Part shown: in pieces, positions 9,609-17,772 of the stretch
How positions within the stretch are numbered: position 1 is the first letter of the stretch
Layout of the letters: each line of letters begins with the position of its first letter
Origin: Octopus sinensis
Taxonomy: Eukaryota
Direction: 5' to 3'
DNA: 17,772 nucleotides
NCBI RefSeq assembly: GCF_006345805.1
Contig: NW_021824873.1
Location: forward strand, 1-17,772
The notes under the pieces: generated by a model
What the model saw: only the letters and a program-made list of their open reading frames with translations
Database searches by the model: none
What the model was told of the DNA's origin: nothing
Position numbers and translations under genes: made by a program

Positions 9609-10117
9609 CTTACACACACACACACACACATATATATATATGCTGTGATTCTGATTTTATTCACTTTTTCTCTTCTTGTTTTCATTTTCTTTTCCTCTTT
9701 CCTTCTTCTTTTCTCGCCTTTTCTTTTGACCTCTCCTCATTTTATCATACACACCTCTTCTCACTTTTCTATCCACTTAATACTACCACTACATTCTCAA
9801 ATTTGCATTCGCACCACAATAACCCTTTGAATGAACAGCACATAGAATCTACGTCTCCACATTTTCCATTTGTAATAACAAAATATGAACTCCTATTGGA
9901 ATTTACATATTACGGACAAGAAGCATTTCTACCACTTCTACACACCACTTTCCTTGGATAACGGTACTGCAACTATAACATCTTTATATGTTTATATTTT
10001 TATTTTTATTTCCACATTCATTCTCTTATTTCCCTATATACTCCTTATTTCCTCCCTTTTCCAAATAACTCCTTATATTGAACTCTAATATTTCCCTCTA
10101 TTTAAACATCTAACATT

Positions 10118-10165
10118 GTCTCTGATGAAGGAATATCCCTAATATCCCAGAAACAACTGTAGAAC
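10118..10165 (+). ncRNA. Degenerate type-I hammerhead ribozyme motif (Penelope-like)
   Basis: CTGATGA 10122-10128; stem II GGAATAT/ATATCCC (1 mismatch); GAAA 10150-10153; stem III ACA-ac-TGT; GUA site 10159-10161; stem I imperfect. Confidence 0.55.
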
Positions 10166-10276
10166 TAACTTTCTCTTTATAAATGTCCTGAAAATTCCAC
10201 ACAGCCTTGGCTTTGTTGTCTCATTTTATTTAACATATGCATCATGTGTGTGTGTGGGGGGGGGGGTGCATATATA

Positions 10277-10484
10277 GAGGGGTGTCGAAAAGTTCTTGGC
10301 TATAGGTAAAAGAAAATATAGGAGAACGGTTAATTATGATTTTATTCAACATATCCCACTCTCAGATTCTCACACTTACTGCAGTGCTCCTTCAGTTTTT
10401 TTTAAAGAACTCAGAAGGTTGGGGCTCCAGTCAGGCCTGCTTTCGCGACAACCTTAAAGCTAGGAACTTTTCAGCAACCCCTCC
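10277..10484 (-). mobile_element. Internally deleted mariner (MITE-like)
   Basis: Imperfect ~29-bp TIRs GAGGGGTGTCGAAAAGTTCTTGGCTATA / TAAAGCTAGGAACTTTTCAGCAACCCCTC with TA on both flanks. Minus strand retains a mariner-like C-terminus, HCSKCENLRVGYVE*. Confidence 0.8.
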
Positions 10485-10619
10485 TACGTATATATGTGTG
10501 TGTACTTATGTGTGCGCGTGTGCAAGTGTGTTTTTGTGTCTATTTCAGCTGTGATGGAGTCGGAGCCTTGTTCCTTGCCATTTGAGAGAAGCTCAATTGC
10601 TTTCTGCACCAATGTTTCT

Positions 10620-10850
10620 TATTTCTTTATTGCCCACAAGGGGCTAAACATAGAGGTGACAAACTAGGACAGACAAAGGGATTAAGTCGATTACATCGAC
10701 CCCAGTGCGCAACTGGTACTTAATTTACCGACCCCGAAAAGATTAAAGGCAAAGTCGACCTCGGCGGAATTTGAACTCAGAAGGTAGCGACAGACGAAAT
10801 ATCACTAAGCATTTCGCCCAGCGTGCTAACGTTTCTACCAGCTCGCCGCC
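10620..10850 (-). mobile_element. SINE family B monomer (head + body + tail X) with 18-bp TSD
   Basis: TSD TTCTGCACCAATGTTTCT (10602-10619) / TTCTGCACCACTGTTTCT (10851-10868), 1 mismatch. Confidence 0.92.
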
Positions 10851-10966
10851 TTCTGCACCACTGTTTCTATAAGAAGCATTGCCAGAGAAGTGTTGATGCC
10901 AACCTGGCGGCATGCAAATAATGGCCTCACCAATGATAGAGGAAAACTTATACGTATATAAATAAA

Positions 10967-11104
10967 CTAGCAGGCCACGACCCGATGGAATCTACTTGTA
11001 AAAATGATAGGTAAATTCCAATTGAAGACATTCTATATTGTAGAATTGTATAAAAAAACAAACGGTTTGGGAGGCAGATAAAATCTGCCTTTTATCATAA
11101 GAGA
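10967..11104 (-). mobile_element. Possible short non-autonomous Helitron remnant
   Basis: Minus strand A|TCTCTTATGATAAAA ... CGGGTCGTGGCCTGCTAG|T (TC...CTAG between A and T). Hairpin GGCAGAT-aaa-ATCTGCC at 11073-11089. The canonical 3' hairpin is not intact. Confidence 0.4.
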
Positions 11105-11460
11105 TAATGTATTGTTTAGATTTTGGATTTTAGTCTCAACTTTCTGTGGACCATACAAATTTGGTAAGGACCACTGGTGGTCTACGTAGATTCTATGACT
11201 CGCACCGGTGCGTTCGACCATTTCTTCATCGGGTTCAGCTTAGTCGGATTAAAAAGTTACTTAACAGGTTTTATATATTTAAAAGTTGGTTAAGTACCTC
11301 ACCTTCTATTCGTGAATGGGTGGGAAAGATGTAAGGGAATAGTTTGTGCGCAAAGACCCAGAAGAAGATGCTGTAACTAATGTCTTTGACGAGGTAAGGA
11401 ATATTAAAAGGAGAGAACAAAACAAAAATAGAAAGGGAAAGAAATCCGAGAGGACAGAGA

Positions 11461-11496
11461 GCGGCGGCGGCGGCGGCGGCGGAGGAGGAGGAGGAA
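11461..11496. repeat. (GGC)n(GGA)n microsatellite
   Basis: Direct reading. Confidence 0.9.
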
Positions 11497-11928
11497 TAAA
11501 GAAAATAAAAACAAACTGTATAAATGCAAAACAACAACGACACCCCTGAGCGCAAAGGTTGATAATATATATGTACACAGCCATTGTAGTTCGGATACAG
11601 AGCAAAGAAAAAGATACATGGGTAGTGAGGTGAGGACCTGAGTTGTAGGGGTCGAAAGAAGGAGGGGAAAAAATAAGATCACAAGAACAAAAAGTAAGCA
11701 AAAAGATATAAAAGAAAAGAAAGAAAATATCATTTTGTTTTGTTTTTTTTTCTTTGCTTCATTCCTTTTATTTTTTATTTTTCATTTTTATTTAATGTTT
11801 TTCTTTTATAGAATATTTTTGTTTTCCAAGTGAATATCTCTGAAAAATCCATCAGTTTCTGCAAAACTTAAAAAATGAGGTGGGGTGAAAGAAGCGGTTA
11901 TGGGCCGAAGGAGAGGAGAAGAAAAGAA

Positions 11929-11931
11929 TGA

Positions 11932-11963
<32 letters not shown>

Positions 11964-11982
11964 AGAAGAAAAAGAAGAAGAA
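11929..11982. repeat. (AAAG)n/(AAG)n microsatellite
   Basis: Direct reading. Confidence 0.9.
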
Positions 11983-12210
11983 GTAAAACGGGATGATGGA
12001 TAAGAAGCTGGGTATGATGAGGAGGAGACGGTTAAGGAAGAATAAGAAAAAACCGGGTGGTGAGGGGATAAAAATAAGAGAGAGAGACGAGTGGGGCGAG
12101 ATGACTAGGAATATTGCTAAAGAGGAGGAAACTGCAGTAGAGAGGAGAAAGAAAAGATGTAGAGAAAACGGAGAATATATATCTTCAAAGATGCGTGTGA
12201 CTGTTCTTGA

Positions 12211-12251
12211 TGTTGTTGTTGTTGTTGTTATCATCATCATCATCATCATCG

Positions 12252-12297
<46 letters not shown>

Positions 12298-12308
12298 AAT
12301 CGTTATCA
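12211..12308. repeat. (GTT)n(CAT)n microsatellite
   Basis: Direct reading. Confidence 0.95.
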
Positions 12309-12536
12309 TTGGAAAATAATTTAAATTACATACACTGACCTGTTTTGAGGTCAGGAAGCTACAGGAATGGATAACTGCAAAAGGATTTATTTAAAAAGCA
12401 GTGTTAAGGTTGGTGAAATGTTTTTAAAGGGCCGTTAGCTTCATGTGGGGCTTTGATTTAGTTATTTATTGTTTGTATATTTTACATGTTTTTATATTTC
12501 TTTTCTTTGCTTCTTTCTTCAGTTTTTTTCGTTCTT

Positions 12537-12640
12537 TTATGTTCCGAGTTCAAATCCCGTTGGAGCAAACATTCCCTATTTATTATCCCAGAGTCGATAA
12601 AATGAAGTAATAGTCAAATACTGAGGTCAATCTAATGAAC
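12537..12640 (+). mobile_element. Old SINE family B-related body fragment
   Basis: GAGTTCAAATCC B box, GTCGATAAAATGAAGTA and ACTGAGGTCAATCTAAT align loosely to the B body. Confidence 0.6.
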
Positions 12641-12655
12641 AGATTCTTCTCCTAA

Positions 12656-12885
12656 GTTCTGTGGTAAGTTTACATTCCGACCACATGGTTCCGGGTTCAG
12701 TCCCACTACGTGACACCTTAGGCGAGTGTCTTCTATAACCTTGGGCCGACCAAAGCCTTTTGAATTGATTTGGTAGACAAGGACTGAAAGAAGCCCGTCG
12801 TACATGTGTGTGTGTGTGCTGCGTTTGTTTTTGATCCCCCATCACCACTTAACAACCGGTGTTGGTGTGTTTATATCTCCGTAAT
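12656..12885 (+). mobile_element. SINE family A, diverged, 3'-truncated
   Basis: GTGGTAAG ... GGGTTCAGTCCC ... CACCTTAGGCGAGTG ... GAAAGAAGCCCGTCG, then (TG)n and ACAACCGGTGTTGGTGTGTTT. Confidence 0.85.
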
Positions 12886-12902
12886 ATATATACATAGCAG
12901 CA

Positions 12903-13480
12903 GAATTTAAGTTAGTTAAAATATGCTTGTGGCATATGTGAACAACTAAAATACAAATTCTCTGCAGGTCACGTTGAGAAAAATTTTCTCTTCAAGGTGC
13001 AAAGTCGCCACCTATCTGATTTCCAGACATCGATGTTTCTAGCTTTTTCTCCACGGAACCAGTAGTGAATTCGCCCTTTAGCAGTTAAAATACGTCACGA
13101 ACATAATTTAACTAACCTAAACTTTACTTATGCCTAAACACTGTTTGCGTTAATGTTACGGTAGTTCCCATGACTTGGCAGTCCACTGGCGCAAATCAGT
13201 AGACGTTGTTGATTTTAGTTAAAGCTATAGCATTTAATAAGGTTTGTCCAGAGTTATCTCTCTTAAGTAATTCTCATTGATAACACCTACAGTACTAGAA
13301 ACATTGGTGTCTGGGAATCCGATAGGTAGCGACTCTGGGCGGATATTGTGTTTCTGCACCCTTTTAGTTTAAGACAGAATTTTTCTCTATGGTAACTACA
13401 GGGAACTCGTCTTTTAGAAGATGAAATATTTTACAAACATATTTTAACTAACCTAAAGCTGGGCGTTGATATTATGGTAA
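12903..13480. mobile_element. Foldback/MITE-like segment with three ~85-bp related units
   Basis: A unit ending CATA(T/A)TTTAACTAAC(C/T)TAAA is inverted at ~12903-12990 and direct at ~13040-13124 and ~13376-13460. Confidence 0.55.
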
Positions 13481-13521
13481 CACACACACAAACAAACACA
13501 TATATATATATAATCAACCAG

Positions 13522-13630
13522 CTTCTTTCAGTTTCCGCCTTCCAAATCCGCTCACAAAGCCTTGGTTGACCCGAGGCTAAAGTGCCACGTAGTGAGACTG
13601 AACCCGCAGTGAGACTGAACCTGGAATCGT
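13522..13630 (-). mobile_element. SINE family A fragment with duplicated B-box segment
   Basis: GCTTCTTTCAGTTTCCG...CCGAGGCTA; 17-bp tandem duplication at 13588-13604/13605-13621. Confidence 0.75.
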
Positions 13631-13654
13631 GCTTGTTGTGTGTAAAAGTATGTA

Positions 13655-13692
13655 TGGGTGTGTGTGTGTGAGCTGTAGTAGTAGTAGTAGTA

Positions 13693-13749
<57 letters not shown>

Positions 13750-13761
13750 CAGCAGCAGCAG
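13655..13761. repeat. (TG)n, (TAG)n, (CAG)n microsatellites
   Basis: Direct reading. Confidence 0.95.
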
Positions 13762-13856
13762 TTTGATTTAATGCAATACGCGTTCTTACATACTTCAGTC
13801 TCAATGTTTAGATCGACACTCCACTCCACTCCTATAACCGTATTACGATGTAATTA

Positions 13857-14240
13857 TTACCTCCGCCAAGGAAGGAGGTTATGTTTTCATCGGCGGTGGT
13901 GTGTCCGTCTGTCGGTCTGTGTGCAAAATAACTCAAAAATTTGTGAACGATATCTGATGAAACTTGTAGAAAACGTCGGTAATGACACAAGGAACAGATG
14001 GTGAAATTTTGGTAGTACTCCGGGAATTTTATGGATTCTTGAAAGATTTTTCATTTGTTATATTTACATTACATGAAGTATTACACTGTTGCGTTCTTTG
14101 ATTATCTCCCTTGAAAACACGTTCATCGTTTCCACATAACATATGGTGGCGTTACTGCTTCCAAAATTTATTTTCGTTTCTCTATTAGTAATTTTACTCA
14201 ATTATCTATCTTAAAATGAGTTGCTTGGCGCAGATCTGCG
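13857..14240 (+). mobile_element. Helentron-associated non-autonomous element (HINE/DINE-1-like)
   Basis: 5' subTIR ACCTCCGCCAAG with nearby inverted GGAGGT, GTCY microsatellite, and degenerate 3' subTIR CTTGGCGCAGAT (14224-14235). The 3' hairpin is missing. Confidence 0.65.
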
Positions 14241-14325
14241 GAGGATGACATGACAAGCCTTGACTATTGGGATGATACCTGTTTTTAAAAGTCTTTTTTA
14301 AAATCATAAAGCTGTATTATTTTTT

Positions 14326-14451
14326 TTACCCCCGTCAAGGAGGTTATGTTTTTGCCGGCGTTGGTTTAGGAAATTGGGCAATTTTCAGCATGTGAGTATA
14401 TGGGTGGAAATGAGCTGGCGGAGGTCTGCGCTCTCCGGGTGCTTTTCTAAT
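14326..14451 (+). mobile_element. Short internally deleted HINE-like element
   Basis: ACCCCCGTCAAGGAGGTTATGTTTT ... CTGGCGGAGGT (14415-14425), 3' stem-loop GCGCT-ctccg-GGTGC and T-rich flanks. Confidence 0.65.
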
Positions 14452-14770
14452 ATTATCATGCAAACATTGGCTGCTAGTTTGTCATAAATGTGAACTCCAT
14501 AATATTTCAATAAGGACAGAAAATAATTATTTGCATTTTGTATACGTTTAATGGTACGCACGTTTCATGCGGTTATGTAATGTGTGATTATGCAATTACC
14601 CACTTTCTTCGATAATTTCAGAAATAGCCACTTTAATTTTTGTGCGTATCATTAAATATATTCCACATACCAATAAATGGTGCCACTCATTATTCGAAAA
14701 TTATGTGACTTATGCTTCTTTCACTCTACCCTACATTGGCGTATATAAGTGTGAGAGTGCTGTATATGCA

Positions 14771-14808
14771 TACATACACACCACACACACACACATACAT
14801 TATATATA

Positions 14809-14847
<39 letters not shown>

Positions 14848-14993
14848 TATATATACTACACGCCATAAAAACACAGAGACACAAATACACACACCATATA
14901 AAACACATACATACATACATACATACATACATACATGCATGGATGCATGCACACACAAACACACACACACACACACATACACACATATATATA
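14771..14993. repeat. Compound (CA)n/(TA)n/(CATA)n microsatellite
   Basis: Direct reading. Confidence 0.9.
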
Positions 14994-15175
14994 GTTCAAA
15001 TATATAGAAAAACAAAGACAAGTGTAGGAACAACAAGCAAGTGTATTAGTTTGACGCTCGGTAAAAATGGAAAAGTCTTTTACGTTTCGAGCCTACGCTC
15101 TTTGACGGAAAGGAATGAGAGGAAATAGATACAGAAAAAATAAAAAGAAACATGTTGAGTTCAGTGGTCCAACAT
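14990..15175 (-). mobile_element. Family C repeat (Penelope pLTR/retrozyme-like) carrying a hammerhead-like motif at 15075-15113
   Basis: Reverse complement aligns with 16950-17142: ...CCGTCAAAGAGCGTAGGCTCGAAACGTAAAAGACTTTT...GAGCGT..ACTAATACA...GAACT, then (TA)n. Confidence 0.7.
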
Positions 15176-15182
15176 TATTATT

Positions 15183-15321
15183 AAGGCGGCAAGCTGGCAG
15201 AATCCTTAGCACACCAGTCGAAACGCTTAGCAGCATTTCGTCCTTCTTTACGTTATGAGTTCGAATTCCACCGAAGTCGACTTTATGCACCAGTTGTATA
15301 CTTGGGTCGATGTAATCGACT
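15183..15321 (+). mobile_element. SINE family B, diverged and internally deleted
   Basis: AAGGCGGCAAGCTGGCAGAA ... GAGTTCGAATTCC ... GGGTCGATGTAATCGACT. Confidence 0.8.
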
Positions 15322-15900
15322 AGTAGTAGTAGTAGTAGAAGCAGCGGCAGTGGTGGTGGTGGTGATGGTAGTGGTGGGGGTGATGGTGGTGTTGGTAGTG
15401 ATGGTGGTGGTGTTGGTGGTGATGGTGGTGAGGATGATGGTGGTGGTGATGGTGATGGTTGTTGTGGTGGAGGTGATGGTGGTGATGGTGGCGATAGTGA
15501 TGGTGGTGGTGGTGGTGATGGTGGTGGTGATGGTGATGGTGGTGACGGTGATGATGGTGGTGGTGATAGTGGTGATGGTGGTGATGGTGATGGTGGTGGT
15601 GGTGATGGTGGTGGTGGTGATGGTGGTGGTGGTGGTGATGGTGGTGGTGGTGATGGTGGTGGTGGTGGTCGTCGTCGTCGTCGTGATGGTAATGGTGGTG
15701 GTGTTGGTGATGGTTGTGGTGGTGGTGGTGGTGATGGTTGTGGTCGTGATGGTAATGGTGGTGGTGTTGGTGATAGATGTGGTGGTGGTGGTGATGGTTG
15801 TGGTGGTGGTGATGGTGGTCGTGGCGGTGGCGGTAGTGGTGGTATTGGTGATGATAGTGGTGGTGATGGTGGTGATTGTAATGGTGATGGTGATGGTGAT
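15321..15900. repeat. (TAG)n then degenerate (GGT/GAT)n tract (~580 bp)
   Basis: Direct reading; source of the poly-V/M and poly-H ORFs. Confidence 0.95.
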
Positions 15901-16516
15901 GTGGCGGTGGCGGGTTGCCGCTGCGGCGTGAGGGAGGGGAAAGACCTCTTTCCAACTTGGTGCTGTTTGTTTACTCGCTTGGTGAGGAGGATATTATCAT
16001 GGAAGTTTTCTTTTGATTATTTCTCTTATGAATGAATGAATGTTCCATCTGGTGTATGGCTGGAAGGTGTGCGTTGTTTGCTGTAATTTTGGACTCGGCT
16101 TCGTAAGAGAAAGACCTAACAGGAAAAGAACAGCAACAGTAACAACAGCAACAATAACATGGCTCTAGAGCCTGTCTTTGCTATCAGTGGTGGGATGATG
16201 CTTTAAATAAACAACAACCACCATATTTTGCGTGTTATTTTTGTGTTTCTTTCTTCCTTCTTTTTTCTTCCTTCTTTTTTCTTCCTCTTTTTAATGATTC
16301 TCCTTTGAAGTTCTCGTCCGACGACGACGACAAGCTACATATGAAACTACCAGGAACAAAGATTTGATAGGAATTAATTTTTATATTTCGTTTCAAACAA
16401 GGGCAAGGATCCACACTTGAAAGGAGTCATTAATCCAGAGAAGTAAAAAGGCGATACTACGTCTTTAGGACTTAGCTTTGTCGTGGGCCCTTTTGGACTC
16501 GTAATGCTGACCTCAT

Positions 16517-16685
16517 AACCCGGTTTCCGCGGTGTGCATGGCGATGAGATTACAAGTCTCTGCTCCTCAATAGGACACTAGTCTGTCCAACGGATAATTT
16601 CTCATCTATTGCTGGGCATTCGTTTACAGTTGAAGCCATGATCTTTCGAACATGACTGAAATATCTTCACCACTAGGACATGCGT
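16517..16685 (-). mobile_element. Old, different tRNA-derived SINE remnant
   Basis: Minus strand CGCATGTCCTAGTGG (A-box-like) ... GGCTTCAA; downstream GACTAGTGTCCTAT...GGAAACCGGG is reminiscent of conserved SINE central domains. Heavily diverged. Confidence 0.35.
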
Positions 16686-16949
16686 ATTCACAATATGTCA
16701 AATCAAAATAAATAAATTCTTACCTATATGGCTTTTATTACATGTCGGCCACTGATAGGGTCGTTATTTTTATGATGATGTTATCCTTAATTATGTATAA
16801 ACATATATATATATATTACATTATATTTATTCACTGCGATCATTATATTCACTGCGGTATTATTTTGATCAAAAACACACAAGGTTGAGATGAATAATGG
16901 GATTTACCTCGTATATACGTGTGAATGTGTGAATATAGCCAGGATAGAT

Positions 16950-17142
16950 CGGTAGCCACTACACACATTTTTTTCTCTCCTTGTTTCTCTCCTTGTGTTT
17001 TTTTTTCTGTGTCCTTTTCTGTAGAAGAGCGTAGGCTCGAAACGTAAAAGACTTTTAAAATTCCTGAGCGTTATACTAATACATTTGTCTTTTTGTACTC
17101 CACTGTCTTCGTCTTTTGTCTTTTTTGGTGAACTCTCACCCT
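16950..17142 (+). mobile_element. Family C repeat with hammerhead-like motif at 17015-17050
   Basis: CTGTAGA 17019-17025, A, GAGC-gtag-GCTC, GAAA 17039-17042, palindromic ACGT, GUA site, stem I TTTT/AAAG. Ends at (TA)n. Confidence 0.7.
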
Positions 17143-17191
17143 ATATATATATATATGGAGAAAGCAAAGTTGGTACAACCATCACCATTAA

Positions 17192-17277
<86 letters not shown>

Positions 17278-17338
17278 TGTATATAATGTATGTATGTATG
17301 TATGTATGTATGTATGTATGTATGTATGTATGTATGTA
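17143..17338. repeat. (TA)n and (TATG)n microsatellites
   Basis: Direct reading; a short unique interruption lies at ~17157-17193. Confidence 0.9.
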
Positions 17339-17388
17339 TTTGCATGAGTATGTTTATATCTTTGCATTTATTTACTATTTTCGTATAT

Positions 17389-17447
17389 TCTACTGACGAA
17401 GGCAAAGTAATTGTTATATCACTAACTCAGAAATCGTTCGATCTAGA
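17389..17447 (+). ncRNA. Type-I hammerhead ribozyme motif with complete canonical core
   Basis: Stem I TCTA (17389-92)/TAGA (17444-47); CTGACGA 17393-99; GAAA 17430-33; stem III ATCG-tt-CGAT; AUC site ending 17443. Stem II (17400-17429) pairs poorly. Confidence 0.55.
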
Positions 17448-17612
17448 CTTAACCTCTAATAACTTTGCTAAATCTTTTTTATTCATTAACTCGCTTTCAG
17501 CCAATGTTAATGGAGTGCTTGATGTGGTTTTAGAGTTGTTTGACATCTCTTTCTAGCATGTTGGTGCCGTTTCTCAATAACTTTAAGAGTAGGACTGAGT
17601 GTGGGGTAAGTG

Positions 17613-17655
17613 TATATATACATATACATACATACATACATACATACATACATAC

Positions 17656-17698
<43 letters not shown>

Positions 17699-17713
17699 GT
17701 TTGCATGTATGTA
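17613..17713. repeat. (TA)n/(CATA)n microsatellite
   Basis: Direct reading. Confidence 0.9.
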
Positions 17714-17772
17714 TTTTTCCTCTCCTTGTTTCTTCTGTGTATCTTTCTGTCGAAGAGCGTAGGCTCGAAACG
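17714..17772 (+). mobile_element. Family C repeat with hammerhead-like motif, cut by window end
   Basis: TCTCCTTGTTTC...TCTTT CTGTCGA A GAGC gtag GCTC GAAACG; homologous to ~16968-17044. Confidence 0.7.

Noticed and set aside
11343-11399. Possible 51-bp exon FVRKDPEEDAVTNVFDE ending GAG|GTAAGG
   Set aside because: The acceptor lacks a polypyrimidine tract and no homology is recognised.
3440-15900. ACC tract and GGT tract as a giant inverted repeat
   Set aside because: Only low-complexity complementarity; the flanks are unrelated.
15302-15955. His-rich 211-aa and Val/Met-rich 209-aa ORFs
   Set aside because: Trinucleotide-tract artefacts; the plus ORF starts inside a SINE.

Overview
Repeat-dense, AT-rich eukaryotic non-coding DNA. 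The SINE types and microsatellite density suggest an octopus-like cephalopod (inference, not verified). There is no credible intact protein-coding gene, and nearly all track ORFs are microsatellite or SINE read-through. Contents: two tRNA-derived SINE families (here A and B) in many copies, a decayed maT/DD37D-like Tc1/mariner transposase (2225-3240, -), an internally deleted mariner (10277-10484), Helentron/Helitron-like non-autonomous elements and many microsatellites. The most notable observations are: (i) five type-I hammerhead-ribozyme-like motifs of the Penelope/retrozyme kind, three of them in a ~190-bp family with a non-canonical core (CUGUCGA/CUGUAGA/CCGUCAA) and one with a complete canonical core at 17389-17447; (ii) a 1.24-kb modular minisatellite with a 376-bp higher-order repeat; (iii) a symmetric CCAAT/X-box/ATTGG cassette just upstream of that array; (iv) SINE tandem amplification and a triple target-site duplication.
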